From an uncultured Acidobacteriaceae bacterium (lineage in GTDB: Bacteria; Acidobacteriota; Terriglobia; Terriglobales; Acidobacteriaceae), in the NCBI GenBank assembly GCA_963832015.1, contig CAWHSR010000003.1:35717-99716 (forward strand): DNA of 64,000 nucleotides. The letters run 5' to 3'. Both the position numbers and the translations under genes were made by a program. This document shows, one piece after another, positions 19,161-29,044 of the stretch. The notes beneath the pieces were generated by a model. It did no database searches, was not told where the DNA came from, and worked only from the letters and a program-made list of their open reading frames with translations. Each line of letters begins with the position of its first letter. Position 1 is the first letter of the stretch.

Positions 19161-20626
19161 AGCCATGCTAAATGTAACCCGAGGGGAGGCCGTCGAGACA
19201 CGTAGGATGTAACCCGACTCAAAAGAGAATTTGAGGAGGGGTGGGATTGGGACACAAAACGAAGTGGGAATATTTCCGGGCAGTGTATGAGCGCTATCAC
19301 AAGGCGGGGCGGGAAGCGAAGCACATGATGCTGAACGAATTTTGTCTGAACACCGGCTACCACCGGAAATACGCGATTCGTCTTCTGAACGGAGCGCCTC
19401 CCGGAAAGCAACCGGAGCGACGGCGGGGGGAACGCCGACCGCGCTATGGACCGCAGGTGCTCTCGGTGCTGGCGGCGATTTGGGAAGCTGCGGGATATCC
19501 CTGGTCGGTGCGGCTGAAGGCCTTGCTACCGAGTTGGATGCCATGGATTCGCAAGCGCTACCGGATGAGCCCGGCGATGGAGAAACAACTCCTGGGCATC
19601 AGTGCTCGGCAAATCGATCGGCGCTTGCGGGCGAGGAAGAGTGAGCGGAAACGGCGTGTCTACGGACGCACCAAGCCGGGTTCGCTGTTGAAGCATCCCA
19701 TTCCGGTAAAGACCGATAGTTGGGACGTGACTTCGCCCGGGTTCAGCGAGATCGACCTGGTGGCGCATTGTGGCAACTCAGGAGACGGAGAGTTTGCCCA
19801 TACTCTGAACCTGACCGACATCCATAGCGGCTGGACGGAGTCGCGCGCCCTGCTGGGGAAGAGTCAAGTGGCGGTGCAGCAAGCGCTAGATGAGATCGAA
19901 GGGGTGTTGCCCTTCCGTCTTCTGGGGGTGGATTCGGACAACGGATCGGAGTTTATCAACTGGCATCTGAAGCGGTGGTGTGAGCAGAAGCAGATCCAGC
20001 TCACGCGCGGACGGCCCTACAAGAAGGATGACAATGCACACGTAGAGCAGAAGAACTGGACGCACGTGCGCAAGCTGCTGGGGTGGGAACGCTACGACTC
20101 GGCGGCGGTGGTGGAGGCGATCAACGATCTCTATCGTCACGAGCTGCGTTTGTGGATGAACCTGTATCTGCCCTCGGTGAAGCTGGTGAAAAAAGTTCGA
20201 GTGGGATCGAAAGTTCGGCGCGTCTATGATGCCGCACAAACGCCCTTGCAGCGGGTGCTGGCTGGGGCACAAGCCAAACCGGAGCGGGTGGCGGAACTCA
20301 AAAAACTGCGTCAGAGTTTGGACCCGTTTCAACTGGGGAAGTTGATCGATCAGAAACTGCAACGCATCTACGACATGGCGAATCGGCGGCTCAGTCCGAA
20401 AATGACCGCGGAGAACCATGCTGGGCAAGAAACACAACGCGGCCGGCGAAACGGCTGTGGAAAAGCCGCTCCGTGGAAAAGTCCAAAACCAGACTTTTCC
20501 ACCGAGCTTGGAAATCGCGCAAAGAACGCGCGATTCCCACTTTCCCACAGCCGCGGCGACGGCGGGTCTTCGGTTACATTTCCAATGTCTCGACGATCGA
20601 CCCCAGGGTTACATCTTTAAATGGCT
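19161..20626 (+). mobile_element. ISNCY-like insertion sequence (about 1.47 kb) with structured terminal inverted repeats
   Basis: Left IR 19172-19215 and right IR 20572-20614 match at about 31 of 43 positions. Each contains two ATGTAACC boxes flanking a conserved CGTCGAGACA core. agccat/atggct extensions lie at 19161 and 20626. Single DDE transposase gene inside. No target-site duplication seen. Confidence 0.75.
19241..20620 (+). CDS. DDE (integrase-core) transposase, ISNCY-like
   Basis: 459 aa with a GTG start after gaggaggg. Catalytic-core strings DLVAH..., GVDSDNGSEFIN and RPYKKDDNAHVEQKNW resemble the ISNCY/IS1202-group transposases I recall. Confidence 0.85.
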   Translation: MGLGHKTKWEYFRAVYERYHKAGREAKHMMLNEFCLNTGYHRKYAIRLLNGAPPGKQPERRRGERRPRYGPQVLSVLAAIWEAAGYPWSVRLKALLPSWMPWIRKRYRMSPAMEKQLLGISARQIDRRLRARKSERKRRVYGRTKPGSLLKHPIPVKTDSWDVTSPGFSEIDLVAHCGNSGDGEFAHTLNLTDIHSGWTESRALLGKSQVAVQQALDEIEGVLPFRLLGVDSDNGSEFINWHLKRWCEQKQIQLTRGRPYKKDDNAHVEQKNWTHVRKLLGWERYDSAAVVEAINDLYRHELRLWMNLYLPSVKLVKKVRVGSKVRRVYDAAQTPLQRVLAGAQAKPERVAELKKLRQSLDPFQLGKLIDQKLQRIYDMANRRLSPKMTAENHAGQETQRGRRNGCGKAAPWKSPKPDFSTELGNRAKNARFPLSHSRGDGGSSVTFPMSRRSTPGLHL

Positions 20627-20676
20627 TGACACGGTGTGCCGGGTGTGCCGGGGAGTCCGTGCCAGGGAGTCTTTCA

Positions 20677-21967
20677 TCACAAACGCCCTCCGCGTTCCGC
20701 AATCAGCTGCATCGCGGGCTTGCTCACCCAGCTGTGACCGTGAGAGCCCGGGTTGTAAAAGCGCTCGCCCCACGACAGGGGCGTGACGTCGCGGTATTCG
20801 TGCATCGACTCGTCCGGAACGAAGCGCAGGCACTTGCGCAGCGATGCTCAGAGCGTTGGGATCGGCGCCTTGATCGAGCAGCAAGCGGGCGAAGGCGGCG
20901 TCGCGCTGCAGGCCGCAGAGGTAGGCTTGCGAGACCACACAGCCGAACAGTGGTATGTGGCCGCCGAAGCCGTCCGCATCAACTTCCGCGCGCGCGTTCA
21001 CGTCGGCGCCTTGTTCGATCAGCCAGCGCGCAATCTCGATTTCATCGAAATCCACACAGATATGTAGCAGCGTGGTCCCGGCCAGCGGAGTGCCATGCAG
21101 TGCGAAGGAATGGTCGGCGTGACATCCCAACTCCGGAGGATAAATGTCTTCGTGAGTGAACGTTCGAGCGAGCAGCCGGGGATCACGCCGCAGGTGCGCA
21201 TCGAGCAAATCGATGCGTCCCCGATGCAGCGCCATCGGAGGCGTGTCGGGCAGAGCGACACCTCGCTTCGCTACGAGCTCAAGGCAGCGATGTTTGCTCT
21301 CGGGACCGCGGCAATACGTTTGCAACAGCAATGCCACCGGCGCGAGGCGGTCGCCGTGTTTGTCGGTGAGGTCCGCTCCCAGTTCAAGCAGGAACGCGAG
21401 GCCCTCGGGATTCAGGGTTTCGCACGGCCCCATCACCATCCCGGGAAGGACGCGGGCGCCCATCGCATGCAGACGCCGCGCGGTTTGAATTTGGCCTTGC
21501 AGGCAGGCGCGGTCGAAGGCGTGCTGCAGGTCTTCGGCGCCCATCTCGCGCAGCATCGCGATGATCGCGTCTTGGCCGACGTTCGCTGCGTAGGACATGG
21601 GCGGACCCCAATTGCTGTCCGCTATGCCGCGCGCGGCCTCGTGCAGCAGCCGCGGATCCTTCAGCACCAGCGCGCGGACGGTCTCGACATCGCCCCGCCA
21701 GATCGCGTCGGTCATGCGACAGGCGGTGACCAGCCGCGGCCAATTTGGCAGCCCGTAGCTTCGCGCCAGCGCGGCTTGCGCGTCTGCGAGTTTGGCGGAC
21801 GCAGGATCGATTGCCTTCGTGCCTTGCATGGGATGATGTTTGAGCAACTCCGCGACTGCGGCCGGATCATTCTGCTTAACGGCGCGCAACAGATCCTTGG
21901 CTTGGTGCTTGAGTTGATCGAGGTTGGGACGAACGGGAAAGTGGCGATCGTGAAACTGCTTGGCCAT
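20677..21967 (-). CDS. ankyrin-repeat protein, frame break about 20847-20853
   Basis: Repeated ankyrin-like G.D.N / LL..GAD modules. After ...GADPNA the conserved tail ASLRKCLRFVPDESMHEYRDVTPLSWGERFYNPGSHGHSWVSKPAMQLIAERGGRL-stop is read in another frame (stop 20677-20679). Confidence 0.7.
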
Positions 21968-22203
21968 AACGGACCTCCTTCGTGGTCATGCCCGGGGTCC
22001 GCTGCGGCGGGCGAAAAGGAGGTTCGCGGAGAACCTTAGGATTTCGAGAATCGCTCAGGTGGACTCGGTCCTGTCCGCGGACGGGCGGCGTCCTGTACGC
22101 CGGTGGCCAGTATAGCGCACAGATGCCAAGCATCATCGGGAATTTGGGAACTCATCGGGAACTCACGAAGGATCAGGCAAGGGTGATATCTCTAGTATCT
22201 TCC

Positions 22204-22234
22204 TTCGTGCAACTTCTTGCCCTTCGTGGTCAAG
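22204..22234. repeat. diverged copy of the CCTTxGTG direct-repeat box (see 37773 and 40164)
   Basis: ttcgtgcaacttcttgcccttcgtggtcaag lies 58 nt upstream of the DUF4242 start. Confidence 0.35.
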
Positions 22235-22291
22235 AGTCCCGCTGGAGCGCTTTCGAACGAATCTGCTAACATCACCGTCCGTGAGGTGGTC

Positions 22292-22564
22292 ATGCCCCAA
22301 TTTGTGATCGAGCGGGAAATCCCGGGCGCGGGAAATTTATCCGATGCGGAGTGGCAAGCCATCGCCAGGAAGTCGGTCGGCGTGCTCAAAGACATGGGAC
22401 CGGAAATCAAATGGCTCCACTCTTACGTCACGGGCGACAAGATCTATTGTGTGTACCTTGCGCCAAACGAGGAAACCGTTCGCGAACATGCGCGCCGCGG
22501 AGGTTTTCCCGCGAATCGCGTCTCGGCAGTGCGCCACTTGATTGATCCCGGCACAGCCGGTTGA
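22292..22564 (+). CDS. DUF4242 domain protein
   Basis: MPQFVIEREIPGAGNLSDAEW...WLHSYVTGDKIYCVYLAPNEETVREHARRGGFPA matches the DUF4242 pattern from memory. ATG at 22292 preferred over 22217. Confidence 0.7.
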   Translation: MPQFVIEREIPGAGNLSDAEWQAIARKSVGVLKDMGPEIKWLHSYVTGDKIYCVYLAPNEETVREHARRGGFPANRVSAVRHLIDPGTAG

Positions 22565-25500
22565 GTGCGGCAAAGTTTCACGCGGGATAATTCGGCAGCT
22601 TCGTCGCTGTTTAGCGCTTCCTGTACGGCCTGTTCGACGGGCATCGACCAACCTTCCATCCACGCCGTTGTGCCTGCAGCGTTGCCGAGCGTTCGGCGCG
22701 CAAATTCCAGGGCCTTTTCCAGCCTGGGAGCCTCGGCGGGCGCGAGCGGGACGCCTAATCGTTGGCGAAGCGCTGCGGCGGTTCCCGCAAGGTGCAGCGA
22801 TTGCACGGCGTTCGATTGTGCCGCGGCATTGGCGGCAAGATATTCGAGTACCCTCGCAATACCGCGTTTGTGACCCAACTCCTGAAACATCTTGATGCTC
22901 TCGCCGTATAGGCGCCGCGATTCGGCGTTGTTCCCCTGATCGCAGCTCAGGCACGCGAGATCGGAGAGGGCGCTCGCAATGCCCCAGCCATCGCGCAGTT
23001 GGCGAAATGCCGCCAGGCTCTGTTCGCAGAATGAGCGCGCGGCAGGGAAGTCCGCTTTCTCGCGGGCGACGTCGCCCTGGTAGTTCAGCGTCCATGCCAC
23101 TCCAGCTTCATCTCCCGCCTTACGGAACATCGTCCAGGCACTCGTCATACAGTGACGACGCGCGCGCATATTCTCCCTGCAACTTCATCACGCTGGCGAG
23201 ATTGCTGAGGGCGCGGGCCAGGTCCGCGGAATCGCCCAGATCTTTCCAGATCGCGACACACCGCTCAAATAGCAGGGCTGAAAGAGGGAAGTCCCCGCGA
23301 TCGCGAGCATTCACGGCTAGAGCGTTCAATGCGACGGCAACGCCGCGGTTGTCTTTCAACTCGACGCAGGTGTCGAGACTTTCTTCGAACAGTTGCTGCG
23401 CGCGAGCGTAGTCGCCCTGCTCGCCAGACAGCACTGCGGCAGCAAACAACAGCCGCGCCCGGAGTTTCGGACGAGTTGCAGATCCTTCCAGCGCGAGCAG
23501 CCGGGCAATGGCGTCGCGGCCCTCTGTGTGATATTCGCGCGTCTCCCAGAAACGAAACAAGGCAGCACCGAGGCGGAGGCCCCACTCCGCATCCCCTGTT
23601 TTGATCAGATAATCCAGCGCCATGCGGAAGTTGTCGTACTCGATCTCAAAGCGGTCGAGCCACTCGGAGTGCGCGGCCACATCCTGGGCGCCTTCTTCAG
23701 CGAGCACGAGGTAGTAGGCTGCATGGGCGCGACGAGTTGTCGCCTCATCCTGGCTCTCGGTGAGACGTTCGAGAGCGTACTCCCGAATCGTGGAAAGCAT
23801 GCGAAAGCGCGTTTCTGTATCGGCCTGCTCCACGTGCTGCGTCAGGCTCTTGTCCACCATGGACGTCATGCCGTCGAGCACGTCGATCCCCAGGTCGCCC
23901 TTGGTGTCGCACACTGCCTCCACGCCTTCCAGGGTGCAGCCGCCGGTGAACACCGCAAGCCTGCGGAACAAAGTTTGTTCCTCGGGATTGAGCAGGCCAT
24001 AGCTCCAGTCCACCGTGCCGCGAAGCGTTTGTTGCCGGCTGGGCAGATCCCGCGCGCCGCCAGTCAAAAGGCTTAAGCGGCTTTCCAGACGCGTCAGCAT
24101 CGAAGGCGGCGAAAGCAGCTTGATGCGCGCCGCTGCCAGTTCGATGGCGAGAGGCAGGCCATCGAGGCGGGCGCAGATCGCCGCCACCGTCGGCGCATTT
24201 TCTTTCGTCAGCACAAACTCGTGCTTCACGGCCCGGGCGCGCTCGACAAAGAGCGCGACCGCCGGAAGGCGCGAGAGCGCTTCTAGCGGAGGCATGGACT
24301 TCGGATCGGGTAGCGCGAGTGGCGGCACCGGGAATTCATGTTCACCATAAACGTGAAGCGGAGCCTGGCTCGTGACCAGGATTTTGAGTTGTGGTCCGAT
24401 CGTGAGCAACTGCGCGATCACCGGCGCGGCTGCGATGAGATGCTCAAAGTTGTCGAGCAACAGCATCACCGGCTGGTTCAGTCCGCCCAAGTATTCTTTG
24501 AGGCTCTCCTGCGGAGACTGATTAGCAACCTCGCGCACTCCCAATGCCTGCACGATTGTGGTAGCGATCAAACCATGTTCTTCGACTGCGGACAGAGGGA
24601 CGAAGCACACGCCGCCGGGGAACTCGCCTGCGATTTCCGCCGCTACCTGCAGGGCGAGGCGCGTCTTCCCGATGCCGCCCGGACCCGTGAGGGTCACGAG
24701 TCGCGCATCCGCACGACTCAAGAGTTGTCGCAGAGCCACCTCCTCGCGTTCGCGTCCTATGAACGCGGTGCGCTGCATGGGCAGGTTGTTGGGGCGAGGC
24801 TCCGAAAGTCGGGCCGGCGATTCGGCCAGCCGGTCGCGCACCGCGATCAGGTCGCGCGCTAAATCCCGGGTGGAGGCATAACGATCTTTCGGATCCTTTG
24901 CCAGACAGCGCTCCACGATCCAAATGAAGGGAGCGGGCGCGTGCAGCATTCTTGGGCCGAGGCGCTCGGGCTCATCGCGCAGGATCGCCGCCAACGTTTC
25001 GGCGTGACTCGCTTTGCGGAACGCGGCAAATCCGGTAACCATTTCGAACAGGACGGACCCGAACGAGAATTGGTCGGAACGAAAATCAATTTCGCCGCCC
25101 GTTGCCTGTTCCGGCGACATGTAGCCGACGGTCCCCATCACTGCTCCATCTTCGGTGATCGTCGTGGTCGAAGCATCCGGAGCCTCGGTCCGGTTCACCG
25201 CCGCCAGTTTTGCCAGACCAAAGTCCAGCACCTTGACCGTGTCTCCGCCAGAAACCATCAAGTTCTCGGGCTTCAAGTCACGATGTACGAGGCCAACTTC
25301 GTGCGCTTTGGCAAGAGCTTCCGCAATCTGAACCGCGATGGTGACCGCCTTGCGAAAGGGAATGGGGCCAGAAGAGAGCATCTGTCGCACCGTCTCGCCA
25401 TCCACCAACTCCATCGCAATGTAGCGCGTGCCGTTCACCTGCCCCAATTCATAAATCGTGACGATGTTTGGATGGTTGAGCGCGCAGGCGGAACGGGCTT

Positions 25501-25714
25501 CCTTTTCTAAGCGCGCCAGAGCTTCCGGTTGCGACAGGCGGTCCAGGGAAAGCGTCTTAATGGCGACTTCGCGGTTGAGGCGAGTGTCCTTGGCGCGGTA
25601 CACCTCGCCCATGCCGCCGGCGCCCAGTTGCTGAAGGATCTCGTAAATCCCGAAGCGCGTTCCCGGCGAAAGGGTGGAGGGCGCGGAATCTGGCGTGAGC
25701 GGCAGGTTCATCAA
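22444..25714 (-). CDS. Ser/Thr protein kinase fused to a P-loop NTPase (STAND-like) and TPR repeats, frame break about 23128-23138; 3-prime end uncertain
   Basis: Kinase motifs GAGGMGEVYRAKD, HRDLKPENL, DFGLAK. Walker A GPGGIGKTRLA. A long TPR array follows. ...LYDECL continues as MFRKAGDEAGVAWTLNYQGD in ORF 22444-23169. The last 120 nt overlap the convergent DUF4242 gene. Confidence 0.85.
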
Positions 25715-25858
25715 CTTTGCTGTCGCGGCGGACCGGCATACCAGAAATGATTGGCCGACGCTGCGCGAATATTTTTTGAATTCTAGATTTGTGCCGCGAT
25801 CGGCTCGGCGGCAAGCCCCGGGGTCCGTTTATAATACCCCAGATTTCGGAGGCGATTC

Positions 25859-26362
25859 GTGGATATTCGATCGGTGCAACGGCCGCTGAAAGATCAGTAC
25901 CGCCAGGACCCAACAAGTTCCCGGATCACTCTGACCGCGCACGGCAAGCAGTCCGATGCACCCATCTCCTGCTCGATCGACTTGGGCCGGGCGATCTACA
26001 ACGCGCAGGCGCACAAAGGGGTTGGCGGAGCAGGGACCGGCGCTTGTTCCGGCGACCTGCTCTTGGGCGCGCTGGCTGCCTGCGCACAGATCACTTGCCA
26101 AATGGTGGCCGCGGCCATGGGAATTCCGACCGAGGGCATCGATGTCAGGGTTGAAGGCGATCTCGACTTGCAAGGCACTCTGGGCCTATCGAAGGAAGTC
26201 CCGGTCGGATTTCAGAGTATTCGTGTGATCTTCGATATCCGTGCTCCGAAGGCGACGAAAGACCAGTTAACCGCGTTGCAGGCGAAGACGGAGCAGTATT
26301 GCGTGGTCATGCAAACCTTGCTGCATCCACCCGAGATTAAGCACACGTGGGCCGCGCATTGA
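25859..26362 (+). CDS. OsmC-family protein
   Basis: 167 aa with a GTG start. OsmC-like pattern with paired Cys regions (GACSGDLLLGALAACAQIT ... EQYCVV). Confidence 0.8.
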   Translation: MDIRSVQRPLKDQYRQDPTSSRITLTAHGKQSDAPISCSIDLGRAIYNAQAHKGVGGAGTGACSGDLLLGALAACAQITCQMVAAAMGIPTEGIDVRVEGDLDLQGTLGLSKEVPVGFQSIRVIFDIRAPKATKDQLTALQAKTEQYCVVMQTLLHPPEIKHTWAAH

Positions 26363-26548
26363 GTCCCAAGGTTCATCTGTAACCCTGTCCAAATTGAAGG
26401 TCTTGTCAGTTGCCTTTTTCGCGTTAGGCCCATGAAATCAGCATCAAAGTTGCTATCCCGAATGAATTGAGCCCATCATCCCTCCTGGTGTAAAATAGGG
26501 TCAATCTGTCATCCGCCCCTTCGTTGTCCGTCATTTCAGAGGTGCCAA

Positions 26549-26812
26549 ATGAACGATTCCTCCGATACGCCTGTGATTCCCTCGTACCGTTGTCGTGATT
26601 GTGGTAGCGAAGTAGGGTTCAAGTCGCGTCGTCGTACGTTGACGGAGCGCTTCGTCTTGCCGCTGTTTCTGCTGAAGCCGGTGCGCTGCGGAGAATGCTT
26701 CCGGCGGGACTACCGGCTGATTTTTACCCAGGTGCGCGAACGGCTTTCGGACGCGCCCCGGATCATGCCGGGAAAGCATCCGGCGCCTACGTCCAACCGC
26801 AACGTTGCCTAG
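26549..26812 (+). CDS. small zinc-ribbon protein, hypothetical
   Basis: 87 aa with CRDCGS ... CGEC (two CxxC pairs) flanking a hydrophobic stretch. No family recognised. Confidence 0.4.
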   Translation: MNDSSDTPVIPSYRCRDCGSEVGFKSRRRTLTERFVLPLFLLKPVRCGECFRRDYRLIFTQVRERLSDAPRIMPGKHPAPTSNRNVA

Positions 26813-26868
26813 CGGACGGTATCACCGCTATACTGCTAGTGTTGTAGGATCGATGGTCCGCGGCGGTT

Positions 26869-27912
26869 TTGTGTTCGCGCGATGATGAGGAGGCCGTCTT
26901 CAGCAGTAGTGAGGACCGAATCCGGGCTAGCCAGGCCAGTGCGGGAGTGTCAGGGCCTCCTATTGTGTTGCAGAAGACTTCGTCCGGTCTCGGACGAGTC
27001 AGGGTTGATGATGTTGGGGCGGACCCAAGCTGGATTCGCCAAGCTGCCGAAAGTCTCTTCTCCGTTCTGTTTTCTTCCGATTGCCGCCTTTGCGGGGAAT
27101 CTCTTCTGAATATTTCGCGGCTGCCCGCCTGCCCCAATTGCCTGTCTCGCGTTCTCCCGGTCCGCGGCAAGATGTGTTCCATTTGCGGCGAGCGTGTGCT
27201 TTCCTCCTACGCGGAAACCGATCCCGAGGGCCTGCGCCGGTGCCCCGTGTGCCGCCGCATCGACCGTCCATTTGAGCGGGCCGTAGCCTACGGCAGCTAT
27301 GAGGGTGGGCTGCGCGAGTTGATTCACTTGCTCAAGTACAACGGTGTACGCCCCGCCGCCAAGGTCTTGGGACGCATGCTGGCGCAGGCCTGGACCGCAC
27401 TCGAGCCTGATTTTGAGCACGGCATGTTTGAGCGCGGATTGTATGACCAGCAGCCGATCCTGGTCGTCCCGGTGCCCTTGTATAAGTCCAAGCATCGCCA
27501 AAGGGAATTCAATCAGGCGGAACTGATCGCGCGGGAAGCCCTGAAGTCATACGCGGCTCCGGAACGTTTGCAGCTGTCTCTCGACCTCCTGCAGCGTACT
27601 CGCGACACGCACTCGCAGACAGGACTGACCAGCCACCAGCGTCGCGAAAATCTGCGCGGAGCCTTTGCCGTGTCGTGTGCCGACGAAGTCACTGGCCGCG
27701 ACGTGCTTCTCGTGGATGATGTCTGTACGACCGGCACCACCGCGACGGAATGCGCGCGTGTGCTGCGCCGCACCGGAGCCCGCCAGGTATGGGTTGTGAC
27801 GGTAGCGCGCACCCTGAAGTTGGCATCTAAGTACGTGGTGGATGAGCGGGTTGAAGGCGAGGAAGAAGGTTTCAAAGTTTCAGAGTTTCAAGGTTTCAAA
27901 GTCGGGGCCTGA
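26869..27912 (+). CDS. comF: ComF-family protein (double zinc ribbon plus phosphoribosyltransferase domain), start uncertain
   Basis: CRLCG...CPNC...CSICG...CPVC zinc ribbons, and PRTase motif VLLVDDVCTTGTT. Alternative GTG/TTG starts at 26965/26968. The last about 12 codons (GFKVSEFQGFKVGA) are encoded by the periodic repeat. Confidence 0.8.
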   Translation: MCSRDDEEAVFSSSEDRIRASQASAGVSGPPIVLQKTSSGLGRVRVDDVGADPSWIRQAAESLFSVLFSSDCRLCGESLLNISRLPACPNCLSRVLPVRGKMCSICGERVLSSYAETDPEGLRRCPVCRRIDRPFERAVAYGSYEGGLRELIHLLKYNGVRPAAKVLGRMLAQAWTALEPDFEHGMFERGLYDQQPILVVPVPLYKSKHRQREFNQAELIAREALKSYAAPERLQLSLDLLQRTRDTHSQTGLTSHQRRENLRGAFAVSCADEVTGRDVLLVDDVCTTGTTATECARVLRRTGARQVWVVTVARTLKLASKYVVDERVEGEEEGFKVSEFQGFKVGA

Positions 27913-27948
27913 GCTTTGTGTTTTTTAAACCCTGAAACCTTGAAACTT
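27867..27948. repeat. hairpin repeat with 8-nt periodic arms (RGTTTCAR), copy 1
   Basis: Left arm aaggtttcaaagtttcagagtttcaaggtttcaaagt (27867-27902). 15-bp perfect stem 27884-27898 / 27933-27947. The loop contains tttttt. Confidence 0.6.
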
Positions 27949-27959
27949 GGGATGATTTT

Positions 27960-28565
27960 ATGTCACTGAGGATGGAGCATCACGATGCAGGATCCCGGCA
28001 CACCGCCGGCCTGTTCGCGCCGGCGGCCATGCACCGGCCCGGGGACGGCCATGCCTTGCTCGCCCCCGTCCTCGTGCTGAACGCATCCTACGAGCCCATC
28101 AATGTCTGCGCCGCCCGCCGTGCCCTGGTCCTCGTGCTCAAGGGCGTGGCTATGACCGAGGAAGAGAACGGACACTTTCTGCACTCAGCTCGGGTGGCCA
28201 TGCGCTTGCCCTCGGTGATCCGCTTGCTGGAGTACCGGCGCATTCCGCACCAGAGCCGCGCGCTCTCGCGCAAGAACATCCTGCTGCGCGACCGCAACAC
28301 CTGCCAGTATTGCGCCACCGTGCTACCGTCCGGGGAACTCACGCTCGACCACGTGATCCCGCGCTCCCGCGGAGGCTCGTCCACCTGGGAAAATCTGGTC
28401 GCCTGCTGCCACGCCTGCAACCGCCGCAAGGGAAACCAGTCTCCCGTCGAAGCCGGTATGAAGCTGATGCGCGAACCCCGCGCCTTCAACCTGCACACCA
28501 GCCGACACATCATGCGTCTGATGGGACGGTCGGATGATAAGTGGAGAAAGTATCTCTTCTACTAA
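27960..28565 (+). CDS. HNH endonuclease
   Basis: CQYC...[32 protein letters not shown]/zinc-finger core. Confidence 0.85.
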   Translation: MSLRMEHHDAGSRHTAGLFAPAAMHRPGDGHALLAPVLVLNASYEPINVCAARRALVLVLKGVAMTEEENGHFLHSARVAMRLPSVIRLLEYRRIPHQSRALSRKNILLRDRNTCQYCATVLPSGELTLDHVIPRSRGGSSTWENLVACCHACNRRKGNQSPVEAGMKLMREPRAFNLHTSRHIMRLMGRSDDKWRKYLFY

Positions 28566-28659
28566 GGTTTCAAAGTTTCAGGGTTTCAAGGTTTCAAAGT
28601 GGGAATCGCTCAGTTCCTTTCTGCACATGAGAGCTTGAAACGTTGCGACCTTGAAACCT
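28564..28659. repeat. hairpin repeat with 8-nt periodic arms (RGTTTCAR), copy 2
   Basis: Left arm aaggtttcaaagtttcagggtttcaaggtttcaaagt (28564-28600) starts at the HNH stop codon. Weaker right arm gcttgaaacgttgcgaccttgaaacct (28633-28659). Confidence 0.6.
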
Positions 28660-28669
28660 AGACTCAGCA

Positions 28670-29044
28670 GTGGCTCGCACCTACCGTGAATTGCTGGTCT
28701 GGCAGAAGGCTAAAGCTTTGGCTGTTCATGTCTATCGATCCACTGAACAGTTCCCCAGAAGCGAGACTTACGGACTGACTTCTCAGCTCAGACGGGCTGC
28801 TGTCTCGGTGCCGTCGAATATCGCGGAAGGACAAGGTAGGCTCACCGCCGGTGAGTTCTGGCATTTTCTCGGACAAGCACGCGGCTCTTTGCTGGAGATG
28901 GATACACAGCTCGACATCGCCCTCGATCTGGCGTATCTCAATCCGAACCAGCAGCAGACGCTAGATCAAGACATCTACCAAGTCCTCGGGCTCTTAAACC
29001 GACTGCTCGATGCGGTTCGCCGCAAGCGTTCGGTTCTACCTTGA
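28670..29044 (+). CDS. four-helix-bundle protein (23S rRNA intervening-sequence protein family)
   Basis: 124 aa with a GTG start. YRELLVWQKAKALAVHVY...YGLTSQLRRAAVSVPSNIAEGQGR...F..FL..ARGSL.E is the classic signature of this family. Confidence 0.8.
   Translation: MARTYRELLVWQKAKALAVHVYRSTEQFPRSETYGLTSQLRRAAVSVPSNIAEGQGRLTAGEFWHFLGQARGSLLEMDTQLDIALDLAYLNPNQQQTLDQDIYQVLGLLNRLLDAVRRKRSVLP

Noticed and set aside
19140-20640. Target-site duplication flanking the IS element.
   Set aside because: The flanks (..gtgcgtatcg | agccat and atggct | tgacacgg, or ..gctaa | atgtaaccc and gggttacat | cttta) show no matching direct repeat of 3-9 nt. Boundaries are therefore given as approximate.
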